Assembly (NCBI GenBank): GCA_030141605.1
Contig: JAQGDQ010000516.1
Span: 62,001-126,000 of the forward strand
Direction: 5' to 3'
DNA: 64,000 nt
Source: Tubiluchus corallicola
Taxonomy: Eukaryota; Animalia; Priapulida
Part shown: piece after piece, positions 26,218 to 39,121 of the stretch
Position numbering within the stretch: the stretch's first letter is position 1
Layout: each line of letters begins with the position of its first letter
Program-made: the position numbers and the translations under genes
The notes under the pieces: generated by a model
The model's database searches: none
What the model was told of the DNA's origin: nothing
Seen by the model: the letters and a program-made list of their open reading frames with translations, nothing else

Positions 26218-27157
26218 TGCACAGTAAAAATAGCTCAGAAAAAATGGCACAAATAGTAAAGTAGGTAAAAATGGCACCAGAAAAAAATGGCACAGGAAAA
26301 AAATGGCACAAATGGAAAAGTGTGTAAAATGGCACACATATTATATTGATACAATTGACTTCTATAATAAAACTAGAACGCATTCAGTAGGAAGCAAATT
26401 TATACCAAAGCCGAACAATCCTAAACTTATTCGCCTGATTCTTCTGATTCAAAAAATTTAACACAAAATTTAAACAAGCAAACATACAAAAATGTACCTG
26501 TATTGATATTATATAGATTAGCAAAAAACACAAAACATTTGCTCATTAAATGGATTTATAATCAATAATGCACGAATGTGTGTTTATCTACCTTTGGCGA
26601 TGGTGGTAGACAGACAAATATATACGTACCAAGTTACCTTCTAAGGCTATAAACATTAATAAGCAAAGGCTATAGACAGCATTTGACAGTTTTACGAGTG
26701 AGAGTTTCTCAAAACGGAACTGGAACTAACTTGTAGTTGTCTGTCTGATGACAACAAAAAAGAAATACTAAACATTCCCTCTGAGACCTCCACGAAGTGC
26801 TTCACGAATGTTTTTTTTGTACATGGTGTTCGGTCAACTTTAAAAAAAGAATTGGCGAAAAGATTCCCATTTTGGCACCCTATATCCGCCTTTTTTCACA
26901 AAGTTTCTTGGAAATCTGTTAGCTAGTTTTTGCCTAAAAGGCTTAATTCCATAAGAGAAAAAAACGACCAAAACAGACAAACTGTTTGAAGCATAACTTC
27001 CTTGGCGAAGTAAAATTAAAATGCAATAACTAGTGCAATAACTAAAATAATTATCCCCCACTGTAACCCTAACCCTAAGCACATATTTTACTAAGTGTGC
27101 CATTTTTTTCACGTGCCATTTTCACTGTGCCATTTTTTCTGTGCCATTTTTATCTAC
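26218..27157. mobile_element. Foldback/Mutator-like non-autonomous element with subrepeat TIRs
   Basis: Array of AAAATGGCAC units at 26241-26337 and an inverted GTGCCATTTT array at 27097-27150. Internal TAACCCTAACCCTAA at 27064-27078. Confidence 0.65.
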
Positions 27158-30100
27158 ATTTGTATTCACCATTAATTTCCTTACGTTTTGAAGAATTGCT
27201 TATTCAAAAACTAAGCACATTTGAAAGCGCTCATGAGTTACCATATTGCATGAATATCTTAACAAAAATTGATGATAAAAGTGTCAAACGCAGTTGTGAT
27301 TTGTGAATTCATCTTCTACAGCTTAACTGGACCAAAAACAACATAACAGACCTTAGAAAATTACAAATTCCAAAATTCAGTAACATTATACAGCAACATG
27401 AACTGAGAACTTCTGCAAAAAATAATAATCAATAGAATTTTGGAACAAATTCATATTCTCCTAAAAATCTATGATGTTTGTGATAATGAAGCTATGAGAA
27501 CTTTCTTACTGAAATGCATCTGAAGAACGTTGTGAAGCCAAATGTTCAATGTAAATAAATTATTGCTAAACATTTCGAGACTGAAGAACATTTTATTTCT
27601 ACTATAAGACTTTCTCGTATGAGTACACGTTTGCTTGGCAGCAAAAAGCCCAGTCAATATAACAGAAAGTTACTGCAATGTAATGTAAAAATTATTGCTT
27701 AACCAGACAAAACAACAAATTAAATCAGCTGCATTAGGTGCACATCAATAAGCTTCAAGATTAACTAACAGCTAAGCATCACAGAGGTTAGTTGAACATT
27801 ATAAGTACTCTTCAAATTCAGCTCCACAAATCAGCTAAAGCTTTCTAAGCTTATCTGAGAACCAGCTAATCCTTGTTTCATTAAAAATCTCATCTAGATG
27901 TCTAGTAGTGGCGTAATGTTTATGGATTAAACTATCCCCCGACAAGAAACAACAATATATAATTATTACTAATTAACTAATGTAACTGTATTGTTTTGGA
28001 ACACTCTCAACATATACCAAAAAAGGCAAATAAACAAGATGTAAATGCATCTGAAGTTCTCAAATAACAAAAATTTTTAGTAAAAAAAGTCGTGGAAAGA
28101 AAAGTATTATAATGAATTAAAGATTACTGCAACAAAAAATACACCAGTATGCCAAAAAAATTGATCACAATACCAAGAGGAAATCCCAAATGATGGTGTA
28201 GTAACAGTCGTAAAGAATAAAAACATGACAGCATTTGAACACCAGGAATTTCACTGTTTATCATCACTAAACACCCAGCATCAACACGCTGACATCATGT
28301 TCACCGAAAATTCACTTTTCTACGCCTGATGCCTGTGAATCATGCTGCAACAGATGGTTTTCAACAGTTTCTTACATTCCATTAGAGTGAAAGTCACCAT
28401 TGATTAAAACCATCTTGTGAATTAACTAGAGTAACATGCATGTAACCATAAATAATTACACGATGTAAGTTAATGGGACAAACACACAACCTTGTTTGTA
28501 AAAACATGCTAGATACAGTGGCCAAGTACAAATAAAAAATGATAACCATAGGAAGTCTTACGATTGTTACTAAGCAGCTTACGATTATTTTTAATGTCCA
28601 ATAATGCCCAATAATTATGTTGTGTCATTAGTTAATAGCTTATCATACGTTACTTCTACAGGGTGTAAGGAAATGAGTTCTCTTTACACTTAAAAGTTAT
28701 CATAAGAAGACATAAATCACAGAACACTTTAACTGTATAATATTTCTGATTTAATCTGTTATTTACTAATGCTTTACCGCTACAGAAAACAAAAATCAAT
28801 GAAATGAACAAATGAGGCCACCACTCTACTGAGAAACCAACGTAAATTGTACCCCTATCCATTTATGGCCCTCACTACTGCATGTAACGGCAGCACTAGA
28901 TATTAAAATAAGTTTTTGTTACTCAAAATAAATGCTTTTTCCATGAAGTGGTCGGTATTAATCATCTCCTTTCGATTTTCTTCTGTACAAGCAAAGGCGA
29001 TCATTCCTGACACAGCTTACGTAATCTCTTAGCAATAACTGCTGCAAAGTAAGTGAACTGTGTAATTGCGCAATTCATATTAATAATTAAGTAGTATCAT
29101 TTTCATCTGTCATTTTGAGCAATATTGCAAATTCAATAAGCACAACCTTTAAGGTCAACCTTTAATATTCAGTGACTCAGCACAACAGTGAGCTAGCATT
29201 AGCGACTATGTGACGTTCACGTTGCTACATTCAAACTGTTTAGCTGTTCCACCATAAAGTTGCACAGCAAAATATCAGAACAATATTTTAATAGCTCTGC
29301 ATCATGTACTGGAAGAAGTGTATTTTAAAAATATCATAAACTTACTAACAGTAATTCAACTTCACTCAGATAGTCACACAAACTGCTCAAAAATTGCAGA
29401 TTGGCTACGCGAAATACAACATAAAGTTTACCCAGTAAACTAAGAGTTTACAAAAGCGTAAAATTTATAGGCAGCGAATGATAAATCTCTCTATTCTTAT
29501 CTAAGGAACTTTCAATAATACCTACTTCGTTTAGCTACAAGCTAAAAGATTAAGTATATACAGTTTTATTATACAGACAAAAAATTTTTGTAGGCCTGTG
29601 GCATAGCTGAGACCTGTGGACTCTAACTTCAGTATTTGTATATGTATTTGGTAAGCTCATTAAGCACAAAATGCTGTCTAACTGACAGAAAATACAATTC
29701 TTTAAAACAAAAATACTATTGCTTTAATTCAAACAAACTACAACTAAATATTGAGATAATAATTGCTTTTTTGCCTAAAAGGTCAGTAAGACAAAACAAG
29801 TGCATCATAACGCTATAGACTCACCAGCTTTAAATCCGAACATGTTAGATTACCAACATTTAGTACTGTCCTCGTAAGTTTCCACACACCCAACACTGAT
29901 TAGTCAAGAAAGTTCCTGTCACAATGCATTTATGTAGGTCTATGCCACAGTTTATGTAAATAATAAACTAAGTTTAACATGCGTGCATGCGTACAGGACT
30001 AATCTTGCATCGTCTTTAACTTGCATATACAGCTAACCTAAAGTACATAGAAAACTTTGTATTTGCAGCTACAGAATCAGAATACTACACTAGACTAGTA

Positions 30101-30971
30101 TAGTATATTTTAATCTTGACCCATCACCAGAAAGGCAATATATGATAAATGTGAATGCTCCATAATTATTCAGTATGCCTCAGCAGTTACAATACAAACA
30201 TACACAAAAATATGGCAAAAGTACAACAAAAATACAATATAAACTAAAAGGATTTATAAAGCTTCTTAGTTGTGCCGCATTGGAACAATGTTTTAATCAC
30301 ATGCAAACAGTGCATCATGATAAAAATGTACTGTTTGTATTTGAAACAAAAGTACAGCAATAAAATCCCATAGAATGCATTGTTGTGTGTATTTGTTTTA
30401 ATGGCACCACTGATGTTTGCATTTCAAATAAAGCAAAACTGCTAAATATTTCAAAAAGATGGTTGTAAATAAATCTTTTAAACCATATATACATGTACAG
30501 TAGGCATGATGTATAAGGAATCTTAAATACTAATATTTTGCAGGTCCTTGGCCCTAAATAGTTCACATTCAAATGTTTACAGCAACAGCAACAATATACT
30601 ATAAACCATGGTATATAACATACATGTGTCTAAAATACACCTAAAATAACTTCACAAACTGACAACTCACCATTAAGTCATAAAACGTGCAAGGTTATTT
30701 ACTTAGTACAGCAAGCTGCCTAAACTGTTCACACATGTTGTAGAAGTTAAAAACCAAACAACAACAACGACAACTCACCTAACTTTGAGTTCAGTTAGAA
30801 AGCACCATAACCTACAGCTGAACTGAAACTGATTCAAGCAGCATCACTGGTGCAGAGTCTAGACTAGCGTGGAAGTGTTACTATGAGTCAAGCTGTTTTC
30901 AAAAACAAACTGCAAAGCAAAAATACAAAATATCATAATTATACCAATGCATGACTTTCTAGATTGCACAT

Positions 30972-31030
30972 ATCACCACCATCATTGTTATAATCACCAT
31001 CATCATTATATTCATCATCACCACCATCAT
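30972..31030. repeat. Degenerate (CAT/CAC)n simple repeat
   Basis: ATC/ACC triplet run. Confidence 0.7.
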
Positions 31031-32191
31031 CTGCTTTTGTTTATTGCCAACAACATTTCTTTTTTTTATCTTGAATGATATTTTGAAATTGTAAGTACGA
31101 ATTAACCCACATTACATTTTTTTATCTCTTCTGCAAAATAATTCTTAAAACAATAAAATGTTAGATTTGGAGCACAGTCCAAAGTAATTTTCTGTAATAT
31201 TATTTTAATGCAAATAATCATAATATACCAACTCAAACTTTGTAAATTAATTAATGTTTGCTGTCAATATGTCATATAAATGCTCCTCAGAGATAACTAA
31301 ACTTGATAAAAAATGACAGCTTGGCATTTTCCTAGCTGTGTACAAATTGTGCTTTATAAAGTTTGGGAAATGAGCAAAAATATCTTTCTACAAGATACGT
31401 TCACACATAGAAGATTCTCTTTCAATATACTATGCTAGTAAACATTTTACACCTGTTTTCTAACAAATTCTGAAAATTTTTCATCAAAAACAGTGTCACA
31501 CAACAGAAAATAGAAATGCTATTGTGTAAAATGTTGTCTATTGCTGACTGGCAATTTTAAACAAATTCTGCAGTTTGCCAAACAGTGACATGTGATCAGC
31601 CAATAGTACATCAACAGTTGCCATTTTACATCACAGCACATGCGAATGAGGCTGTTGAACACTAGTATTTTGCTATATTTTGTGTTTTACTATTTGCTAC
31701 ATGCTTTTGCACATTTTTGAAAAAAAAACAGATTTTCCTGAACAATAGAGCATTGAAATTCTTTACAGTTTATAACAAGAGCAGCACCAGTCAAATAAAT
31801 AATCCACTAAAAAATTTTATAACATTTTTATTAGGAACATCAAAGTTTCCGCCTATAAATGTCAGATCTATTAAGTTTGCTAAACATTTACACGATGCTT
31901 GCTAAACCCAACAATTCCTTTTACAATGCATTTAATTAAATGTATGTATGGAAGTGAGGAAATATAAATTGCTGTCTGGGTCATGGGAATATATTCATTA
32001 CCTGTCACACTTAATTAAAGTAGCTTGTTTTTGGCAATGACAAATACATGTGCTTTTATCTTTACGATCCAGCTTGGAATGGACTTTTAATGACTCAAGC
32101 AAGCGACTAGAATTCATAATTAGTTATCACCGCAGACACTGGACTGATTAGATATTGGTTAATACAGTAACCCGACTTATGAAAAACGCTA

Positions 32192-32631
32192 TAGTGTTCC
32201 AGGCCCACCCGCAATAAGTGAATTTCCGCGAAGTAAGGACGCATATGTTGTGTACAATCTCACGTCGGCAAGCAGCATCTCAAGCGGGCGCAAGTACAAT
32301 ATTTCGTTTTTGGTGTGTATTCATCAGCCGAATAAATACACTATTTAATGTAAATGGTAATTCTTTATGATTTATGATATTCTTTTAATGTTAGAATTAA
32401 TATTTTTAATATATTTTTATACATTTTGTGACATTTTATGCAAAATTCATCAAATCTATACATTACTATACAATACGTACTACGCATGTGCAAAAATACT
32501 TTAGACGGAGTACCGCAAAAACCCGCGAAACAGCGAAAATACCACGATAAATATTTTACATTGATATTTTTGAAAACCCGCGAAACAGCGAGTCAGCGAT
32601 AAACGAACCGCGAAGTAGCGAGGGAACAGCG
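32192..32631. mobile_element. Tigger/pogo-like MITE
   Basis: Ends TA|TAGTGTTCC ... GGAACAGCG|TA. Internal CCGCGAA(A/G) subrepeats are typical of this class. Confidence 0.6.
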
Positions 32632-33098
32632 TATTTCAATTACATGAAATATACTTCTAATTTGTTTTGTTTTAAATTCTGATATTATGTTAAATCTAAC
32701 ACTGATCCATCTCGTGAGCTGCATTCACTGCAAAAAATGCTGCTTTTGGTATAGTCTCATTTCTTTTAACTATTTAATGCGTGTAATCTAGCACATAATG
32801 TGAAATTTGCGAACTAATTTATGCATAAGAATTTCTCCCACATTGCACACTTTAGGTTGAAAAACATAACCAGCTAGTTATTCATTATAATAGTGCAGCC
32901 TCGGACTAGTAAACAGCAGCCAGCCTGCCAGGGCTTACTTTATCAGTTTAATTTATAAGTGAGTTAATGCAACAAATGTATGATGGCAGCAGCAAGTACA
33001 TGACTGTAACACACTAGCAGTCATGTTCAGGTAATAAATGTGAATAATTTAAATGACATGGGTTAGAAGGTACCTGAGAACACTACACAGGACAGTCA

Positions 33099-33289
33099 TG
33101 CTTGCTCGACGACCCCATGTACTGCGTGTCCCATCTTGCCTTATACCACTTGCCATAATACCAGCCCGTCAAGTACTGCGAAGTGGTACATGGCAAGGTA
33201 GTACACAGTCTGGTGGTATATGACAGTACACCACTGTACATGGCAAGACCGTCCACAGTGAGAGGGTCCACAGAAATGTCGAGCAAGCA
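33099..33289 (-). ncRNA. Candidate structured RNA element (~190 nt multibranch hairpin) of unknown class
   Basis: Perfect 12-bp closing stem TGCTTGCTCGAC/GTCGAGCAAGCA plus several nested helices that pair through G-U only on the minus strand. Visibly GC-richer than its flanks. Confidence 0.5.
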
Positions 33290-36200
33290 GTAACATCTCA
33301 CACAGTGTCTACATATCAGATTATTAAACATGTACACACAGTAATATACTAGACAACTGTCAAAGCCATTCTGTGCTTCTGATCCTTACTCCACTACACT
33401 AGTCACTACATTTGTACCTTTGGCATTAACTACCATTCGATCAACTAATTTACACACTTTTAAAAATTTGAAATTATTATTTCATATTTTTTATTAGAAA
33501 CATTTTGTAACTGACAAAGTGTTTAATTAAAATAGGTAAACAGTAAGTTTACATGCAGCTTAAATTATAGCTTACTACTGTTATTTTTATTATGTCTTTA
33601 ACTTTATAGAGGTATTCTGAATGCTAAGTATTAAACGTTTTTTATAATTTCTCCACTACTTCATTAAATTTTTACACTATATTATTATTACACTAATTAT
33701 TTCTGTACACTGTGCAACTACGGTATACTGACTGTAAGTATAAAACTTTTAAAAGTATAACACTACTATTAACAGTAGAATAAAGGCAACATGTACAGCA
33801 CTATATGGTCGTTATGTTGCCCTCGCATTTGGCACTTTTTGTTGTATCTTGATGTAATACCAATACTGTCTATGTGTGCGAAATAAAATGATTCTTATTC
33901 TTAAAAAATGGGAAAGGGCTCTTGCGTAGAGAATTTAAATTACACTATCAAAACGAAAAGAATGAAATTTCAAAATATACAACCATCTATGAAGGCAAAC
34001 AGTTACCTCTATACGCGTCCTAATTTTTGTGAGTAACGTTAGCAGTTACTAGCGCTCTAACCTTATAAAATCAACGACAACAATTACAAAATAAGACTAA
34101 AACATTTCTTAGGAATCATTAAAATCCATAACGGGAAATCTTCTCGTGGAGAAAAAATTTCAAACAGAGATTTTACCATAGATCATGCTTTTGAAAATAA
34201 TAATAACATTTATTATTATTCGGTTAGCAATTTAGAATTTTACTGTGCGCAGAAATGGACAGTGAAGATCAAAAGGAGAAGATTGCACCATGACAGCTTT
34301 AAAAGAATCGCTAAAAAAGGAAGAAAATGCAGGTAGCACAGCTGTGACTTGCGGCATTCCAATAATTTGCACCACAGCAAAATCAAATTCGATGTTTTTT
34401 ATTTGTCCTTACAGGCTACCGACTTAAAAACAGAAAAGAGCTTTTCAAGTTTCCTGCTTACATGGTAGGATCTCCTTTGATTTCTAAAAGTTTAAATGCC
34501 ATGTCTTTGTTGCAGACAGAATAAGAATTCGGCATTTGATATGGCACTATCAATTAAGTTCCAATTACTTAATGCGGATGGTCCTTCCTTGTGGCTAGAT
34601 CATAATCTGACTCATTATAAAAGACAGCCAAATCCTTCAAGTCAGGAAACACTGGGCTCACTACCCCAACACCCCCACCCCCAGTAATATCTTGGCCAGT
34701 ATTTGGATATGAATACATCTTTCCTCGAAAAAAATTAATATAACCAGATAAGTGCAGGAAATGAAATCTAGAATAAATTTACTAATCCTAGCAGTCACCA
34801 TCTATTTACTGATGAGGCTCCATGTTCATTTGGTTTCCAGGCATAAAAGTAAATATCTCAATTAAAGAATTGGTAGTATGTATACAAGTAATGCCAAGTC
34901 AAGTATATCCAATTTCGAGTAGCAGTATTTTAGTTAGTACATCAAACTGAAACACTTACTGAAACAAATTTAAATGTACAGCGTGAGCTGAGACTGGTTG
35001 CACAGGCATGGGTCAACATGTCATGGGTCATTTAGGACAAATTCCAATTTCCTTGAAATGAAACAAAATGCAAATTCCTTGGTGTTCAGGTACAATGAAC
35101 TCAATAAATTAGAGCTAGTTTTATAACCTTGAAAGAAATTTTTAAAGTCACTTCGATATCAAATTATAGAATAATATATTTTGTTGATGTAGATTAGGTG
35201 CCATTCGTACGTGTAATAAGTCAATGTGAGCTCATTAAAGAACCAAACTTATAGCCTTGATAGAAAAGTTCAAATTTTATATGGATGTGATATCATACAG
35301 TAGCACATTTATTTGAACTAAGGTGTGATTCATAGATACTCAACTATTGAGAATTCAATTATGATCTTGAACAAAATCACCAAACATTTTACAGTTAATA
35401 CAGTTAATAATAATATAAACAATGTACAGATTTCATTAATCATACATTCACATTATGATTCCAGCTGCATTTCTAGTACAGAGTTCTAAGTTTCAGTGTG
35501 GCTTAAAGTCCAATAAATGTATTACTGTACTGGAAACTGCATACTCAATTGCTCATGTTCAGTTACATAATTATTATAAAACATTTTAAAGCGTACTATA
35601 ACTCACTGGTCATGGCATTTTATTCTAAATATGAACTGGCTGTGCCACAGCCAAGAAAAGTTGTACACCTCTAAGAAATCCTCAGAGGATTACAATACTT
35701 TTTTGTTGTTAGGGGATATAGTAAGTTAGTACTATACTGGTCGCACAGATTTCCTAAACGAACTGTCATTGATCTGAATTTAAGGAACAGCCGCAACTTC
35801 GAAAAAAGAGTGCCTGTATTGCGAAACACACACAAGTGACAAGATTAGGTCAAATAGCACATACTGCATAGAAGGTTGTATGTACTACATATTTATACTG
35901 AACAATTTATTATACCAAAGCAGTGCTCAAACAATAAAAGATCTACCATGCCCTGAAATTTGATATAAAAGCCTCGTACCTGTCGAAGGTATGATTGAAA
36001 TACAGACTCGAAGAACTCAAAATCCCCCAACACAGCTGTCTCGCATGGTTGTTTTTTTGGATATTGATCAACGTCTTGTTTTCATCATCTTAGCATTCAC
36101 TCTGCACTTCGTCTTTTTCGGGATAGTTCATTGTGTTAGGCGGGGTTGATGTCTGACGAATTTTCAAGCCATTCAGTTCATGGAAAAAATTAATACCAGA

Positions 36201-36298
36201 GTTTGCAGGTCAATAATTCCATCATACCTCAAGAGGCTGCGCGAGATGCACAAGGCTCTCACGCCAAATTTTGAAGTCAATAGATTCCCTGTATCTTC

Positions 36299-38580
36299 AG
36301 ATTAGATTAGATTTAGACTAAATTTATTTATTACTTGCAATTATACACAATAAATATTGAGTAAATAATCAAAAAAGAGTGTTAACTTTCAGTGAATTAA
36401 AGAAAGGGGGCAAAAAACTGTAAAGGCTACTGAATTAACCCCCTTTCTAGTTAAAGTTCGTAGAACACATCTAACAATGAATTAAGATGTTGTCAAACTG
36501 AAATGATAGAATGCGGCAAAAACTGAGCAATATATATCAATTGTTCTGTACTGTTTCTCATTGCTCCTGTACCACCATGTATTTTGTAATTTTTATCCTT
36601 TTTATATCAGTTGTTCTGTACTGTTTCTCATTGCTCCTGTACCACCATGTATTTTGTAATTTTTATCCTTTTTTGCACAGATTTGAATAGTGCAATTACC
36701 ATTACATCAATCAATTAAGGGATTCGGTTGACTCTATTATGTATGGTGCAAGATTCCTGTATCATTCTGTGCATATTTTTGGTATGCAAATCGCATTTCT
36801 CTTCTACTGGTGTGTTATCTGTGTTTGGCAAGAGGATTTACGTCTATCCCAATTGTTTATTTGCTCATTTCATGATCTTTTCAGTATTTTTCTTTTCAGT
36901 CTGTGTTAGGCCAAAACAGAATACCTAGCAGTTATATTCATGAGTGCTGAGGATGCTATTAAAGCCTGTTATAGTAGAATTTTCTCAAGAAGTCAGCTGG
37001 CACTTTATATGACTCCACTTTTTATGGGCAGAACAGCATTCGATTGCAGCACTTCTTTAGACATTTTTTTAAATATGTGTATGTTAAGCTTGAGATCACT
37101 TTGGGTTGCAACATAAGTTGTTTTGTATTTTGTACGTGCTTCACTAGGTTACCAATTTGTTTAAGTACAACAGTGTCTTTTTGAGTCTTTTGCCTTTAGT
37201 AAAGTTGACACAGAACTCTTCATTTCCCGCTGTTTAGTTGTAAAGTTTGTTTATTGATTTTTCAACTATAGGGTAGATTGCTTTTGGTAGGCCTAACTAT
37301 CTTGGTTTGATGGCTGCCCGACTAGAGTCGACAAGTGACGTGTCGTCTGCATATTTCTTGATATTGCGGGCTTATATGTTATTTGGTATCCTGATATGGT
37401 CAGTAGTAGTTATAAGGTAGCCGAGATTATGCCTCCTTGAGGAGTACTAGTGTTCACCTGTAACCCCGTTGATGTTTCATTCTTAAGATTAATACGTAAT
37501 TGAAAAATTGAGTTCTGTGTGTTAAGTAGCTGTATACCAAGTTACCCACTTGATTATCCATTCTTTGTGGCATTCAGGGCTGCCAAGATTAAGTAATGAT
37601 GAAAGAATCTGCCTGGGACCGATAGTATCGAAAGCAGCACTGTAGTCTATAACACGGTGCAATGCAGCATTTAATTTGTCAGTTGTTTTAGCAGCTTGGT
37701 CATAGATGTGTATCAGTGCATCTAGAGTGCATCGTCGTAGCATGTAGGCAAATTGATTAGTATCCAATTTTTCCTTAATTTGTTCAAGAAATCCTCTTTT
37801 ATGCAACTTTTTCTAGATCTTTTCCGAGAGCAAAACAGATAGTGATTGGCCTAAGGTCATTTAATTTCCCTGGACGGTTTACTTTGGGATTTAAGGAGAC
37901 ATGTCCTGTTTACCATTTAGGTGGTTTGCATCTTTCTTCGATATAGTTATTTATTATTTCAGTCATTACAGGAGCATACTACGATGTACTACAAAGTGCA
38001 TCGGCACAGGAACATACTAAATGAACTTTGATAATGCCCTCAAATCCATTCCTGAAACCTTTTTAGGATTTGTTGCTTTCATGATTGTTCTGACCTCAAT
38101 GGTGCTAATGACAGGCCCCTAAGGTATGACTGAACTAAGTTCAATGAGGTAATTTAACTCTAAAGTGTCACCCGAGTTGTACTTATAAAGAATATGTTTA
38201 GTTGTTCCTGCCTATCTTTGTTTGGCAGCTCGGGAATTTTCTGAAGATTTAATGCGGTATTCTTCTTCTGCGTGATGTTTGTTAATTCGTTTATAAGTTG
38301 TCACACAGTTTTTGAGTATGTGCCATTTCTGAATTTTGTTTTTTGTGCAAGTGTTGATTGCTGCTTTAATCTTTCCTTTAACTTGATTTGAGAGATTTTG
38401 GTACTGCCCATGGTTTTGTTTGTATAGAGCATTTTTCTGATTTATTAATTTTTTAAGGTGCCCATTTATCCAAGTCTTGTCGTTTCTAACTTTTTGGGTT
38501 TTTTCGTGTGCAGAACTGTATGGTCACATAATCTACTTTTTTTCGATAGATTCAACTAATGTGCACAGATTGAAGTCTGT
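36299..38580 (-). mobile_element. Decayed non-LTR retrotransposon (CR1/L2-type LINE) reverse transcriptase fragment
   Basis: Broken RT motifs on the minus strand (DLRPI, NQFAY, IDYSAAFDTI, PQGGIIS, KYADDTSL). 3' end has a stem-loop (AGAAAGGGGG/CCCCCTTTCT), AATAAA and a short (TCTAA)n tail near 36300. Many stops and frameshifts; the 5' boundary is approximate. Confidence 0.85.
36533..36673. repeat. 70-bp tandem duplication inside the LINE
   Basis: TTGTTCTGTACTGTTTCTCATTGCTCCTGTACCACCATGTATTTTG... at 36541 and 36611. Confidence 0.92.
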
Positions 38581-38701
38581 TGTTCAAAAAAGATGTGTGA
38601 CTTGTATATGGTGAACAAAAAGGTGTAAGAAAACTCTGCCTGTTAGCTCATCAACATTCATTAACTTAAGTGAGAAGCATCTATGACCATTAAGTGAGAA
38701 G

Positions 38702-39048
38702 ATAACAATTTTTCCAAATGTGTTACTGTTCTCCAAATAATTCCCAACACTTGGTCAAAAATTTCTTCAGGTGTTTGGGCACTGGTGTTTGGACAAGATC
38801 CTGAATTTGTAACACTGTTCATCAGACACTGAAAACTTACTAAATGTTAAGATTTACTAATTATATCTTTAGCATGTGTGTATAACAATTTTTCCAAGTG
38901 TGTTATTGTTCTCCAAATAATTCCCAATACTTGGTCAAAAATTTCTTCAGGTGTTTGGACAAGATCCTGAATTTGTAATACTGCTCATCAAACACTGAAG
39001 ACTTACTGAATGTTAAGATTCTGCTAGTTATATGTTTAACATGTGTGT
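38702..39048. repeat. ~180-bp diverged tandem duplication
   Basis: Units start ATAACAATTTTTCCAA at 38702 and 38882; the second copy has a short deletion. Confidence 0.9.
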
Positions 39049-39121
39049 AGTATGTACTTTACTATTTTGATATTTTTGCATTTAGAAGTGTGTTCAGTTT
39101 TGAACATATAACGCTACCACA

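Noticed and set aside
26241-26337. Short repeats with spacers that superficially resemble a CRISPR array
   Set aside because: Eukaryotic context, 10-bp units with irregular short spacers, and an inverted partner array indicate transposon termini
33058-33066. CTAACCC resembling a telomerase RNA template next to the structured element
   Set aside because: Only 7 nt, not a full template of 1.5 repeats, and no pseudoknot evident
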